A stretch of DNA of 64,000 nucleotides from Eledone cirrhosa (taxonomy: Eukaryota), in contig OZ024749.1 in the NCBI GenBank assembly GCA_964016885.1, forward strand, positions 51,646,001-51,710,000, in the 5' to 3' direction. A program made the position numbers and the translations under genes. The notes under the pieces were generated by a model. That model did not search any database. It worked only from the letters and a program-made list of their open reading frames with translations, and had not been told where the DNA came from. Of the stretch, positions 43,011 through 58,245 are shown one piece after another (position 1 is the stretch's first letter; each line of letters starts with the position of its first letter).

Positions 43011-43062
<52 letters not shown>

Positions 43063-43064
<2 letters not shown>

Positions 43065-43175
43065 CTGAGAGGATCGTAGGATGGATGGGCAGAGTTCTCA
43101 GACACGTTTTCCAAAAGGTCATATCAGAAGCAACCATGACCAAATGGTCTGGCTGGATCCCCAACTGAGACCAGT
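43063..43175 (-). mobile_element. RTE LINE 3' end (family of 397-1456) with a (TAA)n tail
   Basis: WSQLGIQPDHLVMVASDMTFWKTCLRTLP...CTCTCAGGAA matches the region 1330-1436. Confidence 0.7.
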
Positions 43176-44375
43176 CGGTTTCTTTCATTAGAATTTAGAC
43201 AACATCAATTAGGTAGATATGTATGCTTGTCTGCATGTGTGCGTGTCTGTGCAGGTATGGCGGGCATGTATTATGTTTGTATGTATGTAACTAGTTTTCT
43301 AGCTAGCAAGATAACTAGAAACTCAGAAACCGAGTCAGATATAAAACTCTCACCTAAGCACAAAAGCTATGGAAATGTAAAACGTTAGAAAAGGTGAATA
43401 ATCAAAGAATGTAACAACAGATACAAAAGAAATGGCGTGAATATTTCTGTACAACTTTTACGCAACTTCCAGTGAATCCTGTTCATTTTATCAACTAAAT
43501 GCTTACTCGCCAAATTTTATGAATTTTTCTTTTATTCACACTACTGAAACTATTAGCATTGATTTTTCTTGTATAAGAAAACTGCTTTCTTCCTTTTAAA
43601 GTTATTTGCCTGCTTCTAAATCGCTAAACCATCCGGCAAATTGTCAGAGTCATTAGAACATCAGATAGAAGGCTTTGTGGTAGTCCTTCCGCCTCTCTCC
43701 TCTCTCTGTGTTCAAAACTCACTCAGGTCACATTTCACTGATATTTTTTCTACATTTTATATTTTATATATATATATTTTTCTACATTTCATATTTTTTT
43801 ATATATTTTTTTTTCTACATTTTCTGAGCCAAAGTCCAGAATCATGGCTTTTGATTCTGATTTCAAAATCTCACCGACGTTAACTTTTCCTTTCATCCTT
43901 CTGGGGTTGTTTTAATCAACTTTGCCCTTATTCTCGAAAAAAAAAAAAAAAAAAAAAACTGGTGGTCTTGTGGTTAAATTAGAAATCGATATATTGGCCA
44001 ATAAAATAAAATATATAATCATAAACTATCAAGCAGACGATTTTATTTGTATTGAAATATTATTAGAAACAGCTTGTAATTTTTCCCACCTTCCACATTC
44101 TTTCGTCGAACGTGCATGCTTTATATATATATATATATACGCACGCACATATATATGTGTGTATATGTATATATAAATGTATATAAACAAACAATTTACA
44201 ACTTTCGTTCTTTTTGTCTTCAGTAATTAATCAGTGTACTAAGTGTTTATAACATTTCAATTATAAGTTTCCCTTTACATACACACATATGTGTATGTAT
44301 ATATATATATATACTTACATGCATATATAGATGTATGTATGTATCTATATATATACTTACATGCATATATGTCTG

Positions 44376-44432
<57 letters not shown>

Positions 44433-44791
44433 GTAAGTATATATATATATATATACTTCAACAATATGTCCAGTTAAATAGACTCTAATTGTTAATTATC
44501 GTCTGGAGGGAAATAATGATTATATATCAATAATTATATTTATTTATTTAGCAGATCCATGATAATCATTAAGTGAGAGGACAAAGATGGTGTTGTGTAT
44601 CTCTCTCTCTTTGTCTATCTCTCTCTCTATATATATATCTTTGTCTCTTTCTCTCGCTCTCTCCCTTTCTCTCTCTTTCTCTCTCCCTCTCTCTCTTTTC
44701 ACTCTCTTTCTTTCTCTCTGTTTGTCTCTCTCTCCCTCTCTCTCTCGTCACCGAAATCTACCGGCTTGAACTTACACTTCAGGCAAATAGT

Positions 44792-44854
<63 letters not shown>

Positions 44855-44875
44855 TTTTTCTACTTATTATTATTA

Positions 44876-45428
44876 GGGTGGTGGTTTGGCAGCATCGGTA
44901 AAGCGTCGGACAAAATGCTTTCTGGCATATTGTTATGGCCCTTTTCGTTCTGAATTCAAATCTCGCCGAGGTTAGCCTTGCTTTTCATCCTTACGGAGTA
45001 GATAAAATAAAGTACCAGTAATACACTGGGGTCGATTCAGTCGATTTTCCCCTTCCCCCTCCAAAACTTTATGCCTTTGTACCTAAACCAGAAACCAACA
45101 TTCAGTCCATTTACACCACAAGAAACATACTCAGAATTTGTTGATATTTCTTAGTTGATCTCAGCTTGAAAGTTTCAGAACATTGCTAGACAGACTAGTA
45201 ATTAACCAATAATAAGTTAGATACCAAATTATGTTGATTATATCCCCAAGTCTCAAATAGTTACTGATACTGTTTTGTTTTGTTTTGTTCCTCTTATTGC
45301 TTCGCTTGTCGCTTTTCGTTTTTTCTTTTTTTCTTATGTTCTGGAAAAGAAACAAATTTGCATCTTACTTAAACAGTGTTTGGGCTAATGACAAATAAAT
45401 AAATATATAAATAAATAAATAAAACCCA

Positions 45429-45475
<47 letters not shown>

Positions 45476-45493
45476 AATAAACACACATATATA

Positions 45494-45569
<76 letters not shown>

Positions 45570-45646
45570 CATGTATAGACACATATAAATATATAAGTAT
45601 GTATAGACACATATATAAATATATATATATAAGTATGTATAGACAC

Positions 45647-45729
<83 letters not shown>

Positions 45730-46503
45730 TATATGTTCCAAGGAAACCAAACAACGAACAAATAAGCTATAGAACTGTTTAAAAACATAAACACATACGG
45801 AAATGGAAAATAGAATAATTCTCTCTAATTGGTAGCATTGGCATCATTGGAGATTTGTTTTCCAACACAGAATTTGAAAGAAATAAGTAACAAATATTTT
45901 GCTGGTTGTTTTTAACCAATGGATGTTTGTTAGTATGTCTCAGCGAGAACTTTTGAGTTTGTATTGGTTTATTTAACAACATACTCCCTCTCGTCTTATA
46001 TTCACACAAGCAGTATACTATTGAATTCTCACGTTAAGAATTAGAATAGAAAAGATGAAATACACGAACGAAATAATAAAAGACATAAGGCTTAAAGTAC
46101 AGTTAAAAGGGAAAAAAGAATAACGTGGTGTTTCATAGAACTTTTCTTATAGCTTTCTGTGAATAAATATTTTATTTCTTTGCTTCTGTTTGTGTCTTTG
46201 CCGTTTTAATCGATATTTTCGGCAACTAATTTCTTTATGTGTGAGAAATGGTGTGAATTTATGTTTATATATATATATAGTAGAATAATCGAGTATCGAA
46301 AAATCGGCGCACGAGTTCACGATAAACAAAATTCGAGATGAGCGGCAGAGGGCTCCATAATTCAAATAAATCAGAGCTATAACTATCGTTAAAATACCGT
46401 CACACGTAGAATATGTCTACAATCAACCAAACGACCGAAAAATTGCGATATGGAAGATTCGGGACACTCAGATAAATTATCAATAAATCAATAAATCAAA
46501 TGA

Positions 46504-46582
<79 letters not shown>

Positions 46583-48073
46583 TATATCTTTGTGCGTCAC
46601 AATCTGACTCCCTGGCTTCTCTCAGACAATAATTAACAACACCCCACTATGTCATGTTGTATTGTTATTGTTCAATTTATGGCGGTGGATGTATCAGATA
46701 GAGCATCGATAGAGCATCGGACAACATGTTTTGTGCCATATACTTACGGTCCTTTACCTTCCTATTTCAAATCCCGCCAAGGTTAGGGTTAGGGTTAGCT
46801 TTGCCTTTCATTCTTATTGAGTCGATGAAATAAAGTACCAGTAACGCTCTGAGGTCAATCGACTTTCCCCTTTACTCAAATTGTTGGCCTTGTGCCTTAT
46901 TTAGAAACCATTATCATTATTCAACGAGGGCGGTAGATTATTAGAATCAGTAGAGCATCAAACAACATGCTTTGCGGTATTTAGATACGGTTCATTACGT
47001 TCTGATTTCAAATCTCGCCAAGGTCGATAAATACCGAGATCGATATAATGAAATCCCCCCCCCCCCCCCCCACACACACACAATTGCTGGCCTTGTGCTT
47101 AAAGCAGAAATCATTGTTAAGTGGATTGTCAGTATCGGTAGATGGTCGGACGCCATGCTTTTCAGCATAGAGTTACGTCCCTTTACGGTCTGAGTTCAAA
47201 TCTCGCCGAGTTTAACTTGGCCTTTCTTCCTTATGGGGTCGATAAAATAAAGTACCAGTAATGCACTGAGATAATTGCTGGCCTTGTGCCAAAAGTAGAA
47301 ACAATTATTTGTTTGATAATGGTTTCTGATTTAGGCACAAGATCAACAATTTTGGGGAAGGGGAAAATGGATAAAATCGACCCCCAGTGAATCACTGGTA
47401 CTTCTTCTGTTTCAGAAATCCCACCATCGAAGGTAAAGCATTCATTTTACTTTAAATAGTATATACAATATATATACAATATATAGTATATACAATATAT
47501 ATACAATATATAGAATATACAATATATATACAATATATAGTATATACAATAGTATATACAATAGTATATACAATATATAGAATATACAATATAATACTAT
47601 ATTCAATAGTATAATATTCCATCTAAGTCACGAAGACATCGTTTCTGTTACAGTTTTAACTATTTCTACTGAATAAATCGAATTCAAACATTTCTAAAGA
47701 TTTCCTGCTCATACTTTCCTATATCGAATAAGAACTAAGTTTCTCACAGAATTTCATAAAACAGACCTTAAGCGGTTTGATGAAAGAAATTATGAACCTA
47801 TTAACGCAACATATTGAAAGATCTTCATGTTTCAACTCTAACAGAATAGTTTGGCGTTTTGTTTGAATATTCCCTAATCTATTACTGAGCATTGATTCCG
47901 AGATCTGAACAGTTGCCATCCGTCTCTTAGGGTTTTGAATATATAGTTAAAGTAGTGGAAAAATACTCGATATCGATTAAATGTCAATCCCCAACAGGAG
48001 AATTGGGATTTAATCGGAGCCAAATCCGGAAAGAAATCAGTAGATTAAACGTTCTTTGAAGTGAAACAAGATA

Positions 48074-48122
<49 letters not shown>

Positions 48123-48842
48123 GTTGTTTCTTCTTCTTCTTCTTCTTCTTCTTCTTCTTCTTCTTCTTCTTCTTCTTCTTCTTCTTCTTCTTCTTCTTCT
48201 TCTTCTTCTTCTTCTTCTTCTTCTTCTTCTTCTTCTTCTTCTTCTTCTTCTTTTTATCGATTCAACTATTAAATAACATTTCGTTGGAGATGTAGACACA
48301 GGTAGATCTGATAACGACTCTGATTTTTGTGAGAGAAAAGTGATTCAGTTAAAATTTTTATAATCGACCTGGGTTCGATTTCTTAAAAGTCCCCAATGAA
48401 AAGTAATATAACAATTGGTGTTGATTTAATCGATCTTCTTACCCCCAAAATTGTTGGCCTTTGAACTTGTGTCTATATCAGAAACTATTATTTAAAAGGG
48501 GTGGTGGACTGGCAGTATTGGTAGAGAGTCGGGCACCATGCTTTCCAGCATAGAGTTACGTCCCTTTACGGTTTGAGTTCAAATCCCGCCGAGGTTAACT
48601 TTGCCTTTCATCAATACGGGGTCGATAAAATAAAGTACCAGTAATGTACTGGGATAATTGCTGGCTTTGTGCCAAAAGTAGAAACAATTATTTAAAAGGG
48701 ACGATGGATTAGCGGTGTCCATGCTTTGAGATCAAATCCCACCGAGGTTAACTTTGCTTGTTCTGCTTTTCGGGATCGATAAAATAAAGTATGTCAAACA
48801 ATAGACTTTCTTCTCCCTACAAATTGCAGGCCTTGTGCCTAA
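44876..48842. mobile_element. Meta/Nin-type SINE copies, e.g. 44876-45097+, 46680-46912+, 46928-47115+, 47121-47310+, 48498-48690+, 48697-48842+
   Basis: Conserved A/B boxes and GGGGTCGATAAAATAAAGTACCAG core. Confidence 0.85.
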
Positions 48843-50026
48843 GTTATATATTTGGTATATACTTTAAATAGGTTTTACATTTTAAAACATTTTTAACGAA
48901 GTTTATTTTTGAGTCAGCTTTGAATGAGGAAACCTATCATTAGAGTCATTCTAGACGTGATCATGTCGTCTGTTCTTAGAACAAAGTGTATCTAAGAGAA
49001 TATAGAATACGTATGTCCTTCTTCAAGAGAAATCTTACTGCTATTTCTAGTTTGTCAGTTACACGAAAATGTGTGGCATATTAAAAAGACATGAACGAAA
49101 CACGAACATGAGATTCGCTCACGTTGATACTACACATAGATGAAATTTGAATGTCAATATTAATACAAAGCTACAGAATATTATCACATCCATACACACT
49201 TATAAATTATTCACTGACTATATTCATACAAGCCGACATTTGTTTTTTTTTCTTTCTACTTCAAATATCTTATTATGGAGCAAAGAAACTCAGTTACTTC
49301 TATATTCTCTTAGGTGATTTTACCATTTCGACCAGGAAAATTGACACAAACATATGATAAAAACGGATATTGTCATCGGATTTACACATAATGATCAATT
49401 TTAATAGGATATTCCACATTAAAGTATGGCATAAGAATAAATTGGATTGTTGATTGTTTGCTTGATTCAGATATTATTTGATGAGCGGAAGCCTATTGCT
49501 GTTAATGAAAAGCAAAACCACAACTTCAATGGATGTTTCCAGCAATAATCTTTGTTATAACGACAGAATCTAATCAAAGTCTTAGGAAATCTTTATCGTA
49601 AATGAGCACTGAAAGAGTTCTTCATTTTCATCTATTCCCTTCGATCATCGATCAATCATTCAAATTACTCAACCGAAATGTAAACAAAAATACATGTAAC
49701 GACGATTGTTAGTTAAAGAACAGGAGATGTCAATAAAAAAAAAAGAAAAAATGCCGGAAAAAGCTGTGTTATATACAAGATGGCGGCGCGGTGTTGGTAG
49801 TAGTCGTGGTGTTGGTTTATTTCGTTCTTTTCTTGTCATACAATCCTTTAAGGAAAGACTGAATGGAATTAATGTCTATTATTTATTATATTACCAATAA
49901 CGTGTCACAACCCAATCAAAGTGCCTGCCTTCGGTAATGTAGAACAGATTACTGCTGCTACTACAGCTACTACTACTATATATATGTTATGATAAATATA
50001 TGATATATTTATTATATACATACCAT

Positions 50027-50074
<48 letters not shown>

Positions 50075-50176
50075 TATAGATATATAAATTAAATATATAT
50101 ATAACACGCTGTAAAACATTTGATCATTAAAGAAATCCAGCTACCAGAAAAGTTATTCTTAATATTTCCATATATA

Positions 50177-50326
50177 TAACAAAGAAAGTGTGGTAAGAAA
50201 CCAGGTGGACCATAACGCACCAGAGTACTCGATACTTAGGGTAGTAGAGTGGGTAATAGGAAAAGATCGGATCTAGCTGTGGAAACGGCCGGAGCTCAGC
50301 CGTCGGGATCCTGACTCTTTTCCTAT
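50177..50326 (-). mobile_element. Family A (subfamily 2) insert with an asymmetrically deleted fold-back
   Basis: The minus-strand tail 50177-50266 is joined directly to an opposite-orientation HHR-half arm at 50267-50326. Confidence 0.78.
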
Positions 50327-50332
50327 ATATAT

Positions 50333-50525
50333 ATAGGAACGAGTAGGACCCCGACGGCTGAGCTCAAGCCGTTTCGACGGCTAATTCAGTCCAGAATTAG
50401 CCGTCGAAACGTCTTGAGCTCAGCCGTCGGGGTCCTACTCGTTCCTATTACCCACTCTACTACCCTAAGTATTGAGTACTTTGGTGCGTTATGGTCCACC
50501 TGGTTCCTTACCACATTTCCTTCGT

Positions 50526-50527
<2 letters not shown>
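50333..50527 (+). mobile_element. Family A HHR fold-back insert (arms 50333-50387 / 50394-50448, loop agtcca)
   Basis: 55-bp arms with 1 mismatch and the standard tail. Confidence 0.85.
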
Positions 50528-50573
<46 letters not shown>

Positions 50574-50579
<6 letters not shown>

Positions 50580-50640
50580 CTGATGAGAACGCAAATATCA
50601 TCCCATGATGATATTTGTTTTTGAAATGCGCATAATAAAA
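50574..50640 (+). ncRNA. Intact minimal type I hammerhead ribozyme forming most of a ~100-bp (TA)n-flanked insert (50574-50673)
   Basis: tattat-CTGATGA-gaacgcaaatatcatc ccat gatgatatttgttttt-GAAA-tgcgca-TA-ataaaa. The palindromic stem III/loop is typical of Penelope HHRs. Confidence 0.8.
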
Positions 50641-50668
50641 TACATGGAACTCTTTTAACCATCTTTTG

Positions 50669-50775
<107 letters not shown>

Positions 50776-51172
50776 CTCTCTCTCTCAATATATATATATA
50801 ATTATTTTGATGCCCCAAAGAAGATATTTACTGACATGTTCAACAGATACCCGTACTCATGAGATATAACGTATCTCGTAACAATGTGTCATATCCAGAT
50901 ATTGATAAAAAAAAATCGATGACAATATAAGTAATGAATTGTTTGTGTCCTTCTTTCTCCATATGACTACACCACAAGCTGTAGGTATGCAGAAATCTGC
51001 TGTTAACCTATTCACTATCATTAATACATTCACTCAATGAATATACATCCATTTCATGTAGTTGGGATAAAACAGTCAGTTGTGCTGGATTAATCTTATT
51101 GACTTCGGATATGTAAGTGATGTGTTGTTATATATGATTTTGATTTAAAATCCATATTACCGTATATGTATG

Positions 51173-51586
<414 letters not shown>

Positions 51587-52566
51587 TGCGTATGTGAGTG
51601 CGTGTATCGGAAAGTATATATATATATATACATATATATATTTGATACAATAGAAACCCTTCTAAAGCCCACTCCTTTCCAAGTAACACAGTTTGATCAT
51701 TTCTGTTCTATATATTGAATTTTCTGTTCGTCTGCCTAATGTTAGTTTTGGTATAGATTTCACACCTATTCTTTCTTGGGTTTCCTTTGCAGTCAGTTAC
51801 ACCTAATTCACTTTTTCCAAAATATTATCTTATAGTTGTTTTACATGCTCGCAGCGTGACTATTTCATTAAAGGATGCTATGTGCATTCACATCGGTATC
51901 TGGGATTTCAAAAGTCAATTCCTCATATCTTAGAAACAAAAGATAATTCTGTTAGATTGCTGAATACTTCCGTGATGCAATGCACGTAACTTAAAACTGA
52001 TTTCAAAGCTTAAGAAATAAAGACATAAAGCAAGTGGTGTATGAAGACAACTGCCAAGTAAGAATAGGAATATCTGAAGGCTATTAGTATTTATATTCGG
52101 CCCACTGAACTAAACAAAATACCTATTGTTCCCATTTGATATAACGTCAAAGATAGCTTAGCTGAACACAGAAAGGCAAGCATGTAGGATACATTATTAA
52201 ATACTCATTCTTTACCGGTAGGTGGCGTATTGGTTGAGTCGTTAGAACGTCGGCTACAACACTTTGTAGTATTCCGTTCCGGTTTTCTGCGCTCTGAGTT
52301 CAAACCATCCCACTGAAGTCAGCTTTGTCTTTCATCTATTCAAGGTCGATAAAAAAAGTAGCAGTCTAGTACTGGGATCGATACTTCATCACTTCCTCTC
52401 TCTCACTTTCTATCCTTCTCTGGAGGATATCTGCTGTGTTCAGAGAAGGATAAGCTCCGCCAGGCTTAAAATGTCAAAAAAATGATGTATGTCATTACGG
52501 TGCCTCTACAAATCCATCGGGAGTTACGGGATATACCATATCATACCCTACTATACCCTACTATGT

Positions 52567-52800
52567 TCTATAATGCCGGCTCAAGTAACGGTCTATAATG
52601 CCGGCTCAAGTAACGATCTATATTGTAGACTCAAGTAATTTTCTATATTGCAAGCTCATGTTACGTTCTCTAACGTAAGTTCATACATCATTCTATAGTT
52701 AACATTTTATATTGCTGGCTCAACTTACGTTGATATAATTAGGCTCATGTTATGTTTTATAACGGAGGCTCATATATCGTTCTGTAAATCAGGATCATTT
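52567..52800. repeat. Degenerate 25-bp tandem repeat (tctataatgccggctcaagtaacgg)
   Basis: The first two units are near-identical; later units are progressively more diverged. Confidence 0.75.
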
Positions 52801-52804
52801 CATG

Positions 52805-53011
52805 TTCAGACTCATGATAGAATGTGTTTTAAATACCGTAGTATTTAAAATAGTCAAACATTAGTTCAATGAGTGTATTTTTCAACATAGTCCCTGGAAA
52901 GAAACAATGCAGTTATTAATAAGAAGAGTTGAAATTAATGCATGCAAAGTTTCACAGCTCTAACATCAATCCTTCATAGTCAGCCTATGAACGTTTCAGT
53001 CGACTTTCGTA
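52805..53011 (-). mobile_element. Mariner deletion derivative
   Basis: The minus strand starts TACGAAAGTCGACTGAAACGTTCATAGGCTGAC (mariner-like TIR) and contains GGGACTATGTTGAAAAA (~DYVEK, mariner transposase C-terminus). Confidence 0.55.
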
Positions 53012-53600
53012 TTTATGAAAAGCTCACATCAACCAGCAATTGGAGCCCACATTTATTTTGATTAACGTACGAAGCAATTGTAGATCACTATGACCCACCA
53101 TTGTAGAAATCCAAAAGCTCTTGAATTTACACTCAATTAATTCATAATTTTAGTATTTAACAATATTTAAAATGTATTTTATATTTTCTTTTATTCTTCA
53201 CAAGTCTTAGGATTACAGCCGACAAGTCAATCAAATCTTTTAAAAATATATTACTCGAATGCGATTAATTCTTCCATGTATTCTATAAACATATTGTTTG
53301 TACAGAGTCTAAACAATAAATTTCCATCCTACTTTAAAGAGATTTGCATTTAAGAATGTTACAAGAAAAAAAACAGAAGAAAATTAAAATATATTTTCCT
53401 TTTTTTTAATCAGTATTCATCAATGGCTGGTGTTTATAATAAAACACACACACACACACAGATACACTGATACACACACAGATACACACACACACACACA
53501 CACAGATACACTGATACACAGAGATTTTTTTGTATAGACGCATTCATGTATTATAGTTATAAAAACACACGTCATAAACATACACACAGATATATGCACA

Positions 53601-53681
<81 letters not shown>

Positions 53682-53736
53682 TTCTTTATGAAGGAATGGT
53701 TTTGAAAGAATTAGAAAAAATAACAACAACAATAAT

Positions 53737-54146
53737 AATTGTTTCTACTTTTGGCACAAGGCCAGCAATTATCCCAGTACATTACTGGTACTTTATTTTA
53801 TCGACCCTGTAAAGATGAAAGGCAAAGTTAACCTCGACGGGATTTGAACTCAGGCCGTAAAAGGACGTAACTCTATGCTGCAAAGCATGGCATCCAACCC
53901 TCTACTGATATTGCCAATCCAATAATAATTCTTTCTAGCATTGGCACAAAGCCAACAATTTGGGGGAGGGGAAAGTCGATTAAATCGACCCCAGTGCGTT
54001 ACTGGTACTTTATTTTATCTACCCCGTAAGGATGAAAGGAAAAGCTAACCTCGGTGGGATTTGAACTCAGACCGTAAAAGGACGTAACTCTATGCCACAA
54101 ATCATGTTGTCAGACGCTCTACCGATACTGCCAATCCACTGCCCCC
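53737..54146 (-). mobile_element. Two tandem Meta/Nin-type SINEs
   Basis: Reverse-complement SINE consensus occurs twice. Confidence 0.88.
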
Positions 54147-54556
54147 TTTTCTTTAAGTAATACCAAGTCAAACACTGACGATGGTTAACAAACCAACAAC
54201 CGACATACAATGGAACTCTCTCTGTTACTGTCTTTCATTAACAGGTCTCTTTATTTAACACTGAATTATATTCAAATATACAAGACACACGCATACATGT
54301 ACACATACACATGTACACACACATGTACATATGTACACGTACATGTACACATACACATGTACACATACATGTACATGCACACATGTACTCATACATGTAC
54401 ACATACTCATGTACATATACACATGAACATGTACACATACACAAAGACACGTACACCCAACACACACTCTGTCTCTCACACAGACAAATACATGTATAAC
54501 ATCACTGATAAATGGCTGCATGTACATGCACACACACATACACACGTGCACACACA

Positions 54557-54698
<142 letters not shown>

Positions 54699-55437
54699 CA
54701 GGCACACATATATAGCACCAAAATTAAATGCCTGCACTTACACACAGACATAGACACACATACACACAGACAGACACACACACACACAGACAGACACACA
54801 GACACACACACACATACATACGGTATTGAAAAGCACATCACATATTTTGTTTTCGGCCATCCATTGTATGATTTAGAAGAAATATTCAACTCTTCCATCC
54901 AATACAGTTCTTAATCCTTCTAAGTGCAAACAAGAAAAGTTTATTTGATCTTATTTTGAAGTTTGAACGTGTCGCATCCTCCATAGAGAGACTTTCAAGA
55001 CTTTTCTGCTATGGCTTCTGGTACAAATATAGATATTTTATCTAGATCTACAACAGAAATGATTAACAACGTTTCAAGTTTCGATTTGGTTATATTTCAA
55101 GCAACTGAATCAACTGTTAATGGTGTTAAAATGGCGCATAAAAATATTTCATTTTTTTTATAAGGGATATGGCTGACGTGAACGTTTTATAAACAGCCGA
55201 CATATGTCATAATTTATTACCATTATTTTTCTTGATTGGCAGTATCGGTAGACGGTCGGACGCCATTTTTTCCAGCATAGTTACGTCCCTTTACGATCTG
55301 AGTTCAAATCCCGCCGAGGTCGATACTGCCAATCCACCGCCCTTATTAATATAAAAAATAATAATGTATAATTATTAAAAAGATTTCCCGAACTTTTTTT
55401 CTTTAGAGAAGGGATTCAAATTCCATATAGCTTAGGG

Positions 55438-55635
55438 CAAGCATGTCAAACATGCGACCCTTTACAAGCACATCTGCGGCCCGCATAAAGGTTTTTACAG
55501 CACGAGCATATTCTATCTTCGTAATATAAAATTAAAAGAAACTAGTTGTAATGTGCACAATTGGTTGTGTGTGGCCCTCAGACAACACACATGTGACCCA
55601 TGTGGTCCTCGGGGTCCCTCAGTTTGACATGCCTG
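55438..55635. mobile_element. hAT-superfamily MITE with an intact 8-bp TSD
   Basis: TIRs CAAGCATGTCAAAC / GTTTGACATGCCTG. TSD GCTTAGGG at 55430-55437 and 55636-55643. Confidence 0.9.
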
Positions 55636-55962
55636 GCTTAGGGCTTCAGCAGTTGAATTTCCGACACTGCTAGGACAGAGGATTTCTATAATGTGTTTCA
55701 AATGAGACCACATAGTAAACATTATCCTCAAACCTTTTAACACAGAGCAGCTTACCATTGGAACAGTTTACGGTTTCCATCTACACATTAACTGGCAACC
55801 ATCCAAATGAAACATTTGTCGCATAACTGTCTCAGCAAGGCGTTCCTATATTTCAGGGAAGAAGAGGATGATATTGTTAGGTCTCTCTTCTTCGGACTTT
55901 ATATATATGTGAGTGTATATATATATATATATATATATGTGAGTGTATATATATATATATAT

Positions 55963-56388
55963 CTAAGGCGGGTAAAATTCCCGAGATCCATGGACGAGTT
56001 CTCTCCAGCGGTCTCTGTCCCTCATTATCGCTGCCATGTCCTGCATCTCCAACAGACCAGTGTCTGTCCTTAGGGCATCAACATACGTTAACCTTGGTCT
56101 TCCTCTTCTAGTGTGTCCATGTAGGGGCTCCCAAAGGAGTACTGAATGCAATGTCAACTCTGGATGTCGGTGAGCATGTCCAGCTAACCTCAGTCTCCTC
56201 TGTGTCACTTTTGAGCTGACTTTTGGGAGGCTCCCATACAGCTCTGAGTTTTTCATCCTCAGTGTATACTGATTAATGTTCAGAGCCATCGTCAGCCTTC
56301 TCGTGTACCACCCATCCACCATCTGAGTGAGTTTCTTGGTCAATGTCCAAGTATCAGACCCGTAGAGCAGCACAAACTCCACTACAGC
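55963..56388 (-). mobile_element. 5'-truncated RTE/RTE-X-like LINE 3' end within TA repeats
   Basis: AVVEFVLLYGSDTWTLTKKL...RRLRLAGHAHRHPE...RGRPRLTYVD...REFYPP* in an open frame. Confidence 0.9.
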
Positions 56389-56474
<86 letters not shown>

Positions 56475-56593
56475 TGTCTTTATCTGTGTATTTGTAGCTG
56501 TGGAAGTTTTTCCGCACACTGAGAATTTAATATGTACTTAACTCCATCTCTTTATCAATGCGTATTCCTGTATACAAGGAGGCATACAGAGAT

Positions 56594-56662
<69 letters not shown>

Positions 56663-57893
56663 TGTAAGTAGGTAGTTAGATAGATAGGGAAAATAGATAG
56701 TTAGATATATGTGTGTGTGTGGGTGTGTGTGTGTGTGTAGGTAAGTAGGTATGTAGATAGATGGATACCTAGGTAGAGGGAAAAGAGAGAAAGAGAAATA
56801 TATATATATACGAAGAGAGTAACCAAACAAAAGGAAGAGATGAACAGGAGAGAAAGAATGTCAGACTCTATAAAAGAAGTGAATCAAAAGAACCGAATAA
56901 TAATAGATTGAGAGAGTATGATAAAACTCGCAACTGACAGAAATTTAGTTTCTAAACTAACAAGTATGCTTTCAGAAAAAGGACAAATTTATCAAAATGG
57001 CATTCACTTACATATGTTGTAAAAATGCATCAAATTTACCATAAGAGAACTTTTAAGACTGGACATTTAAACAAGATCTTGCCATTTGAATAAAATAAAA
57101 AAAATTCTTCTCTAAAAAAAAATGGCTTTGAAAACTTGAAAGACTTCAATGATTGTAAATAAAAGTATTCTACGTAAACAGAAGAGGTAAATGTTCGTGA
57201 AACATGGAGGGGAAAAAATTACGTTTATTTTGCTATCAGTATTGGAAGTTGTTTCTTGGGATAGCATTTCATGTACATATGTTCACTTTTTATGTCTCTA
57301 TTTGTAAAACAAACACTCACACACACACAGACACTCACACTCGCATGCACACATACACAGATACACACACTCCGTACACACACATACACAGACACGCTCG
57401 CACACACACACATACACTCGCACACAGACACACACTCGCACACACACATACATACATACATACACATACATACACACAGACACATATTATACACATACAT
57501 ACACACACAGACACACAGACATACACATACATACATACACATACACATACATACATATACACGCGCGCACACACATATACACACATATACTCACACATAA
57601 ACCAAGTGTAAAAACCACGACCACCAACAACAACAACGATATACAATCCTCTACACAACCAGAAATACAGTTACATTATCCAGAATGTTCTATTTAAACA
57701 ATTCTGTGACGTTTCTATTTATTTTATATTTCAACCAAAATATATCAATATTTAACGATACATATTTTGAAAATAATCTTCGTAAACATTTCTTTAAATA
57801 TCGAATGTAGAAATGATAGGACAGTGAAAATATCGGATTAATCCAAATTAGAAAAATATTCTGCTAGAAACTATAATTTGCAGTTTTGGAAAG

Positions 57894-57970
<77 letters not shown>

Positions 57971-57975
<5 letters not shown>

Positions 57976-58157
57976 AACCAGTAGGACCCCGACAGCTGAG
58001 CTCAAGCCGTTTCGACGGCTAATTCTGAATTAGCCGTCGAAACGGCTTGAGCTCAGCTGTCGGGGTCCTACTGGTTCCTATTACCCACTCTACTACCTCA
58101 AGTATTGAGTACTTTGGTGCGTTATGGTCCACCTGGTTCCTTACCACATTTCCTTCG

Positions 58158-58160
<3 letters not shown>
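57971..58160 (+). mobile_element. Family A HHR fold-back insert (perfect arms 57971-58025 / 58027-58081, 1-nt loop)
   Basis: Mirrored private variants ggaaccagt/actggttcc and gacagctg/cagctgtc. Confidence 0.87.
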
Positions 58161-58242
<82 letters not shown>

Positions 58243-58245
<3 letters not shown>

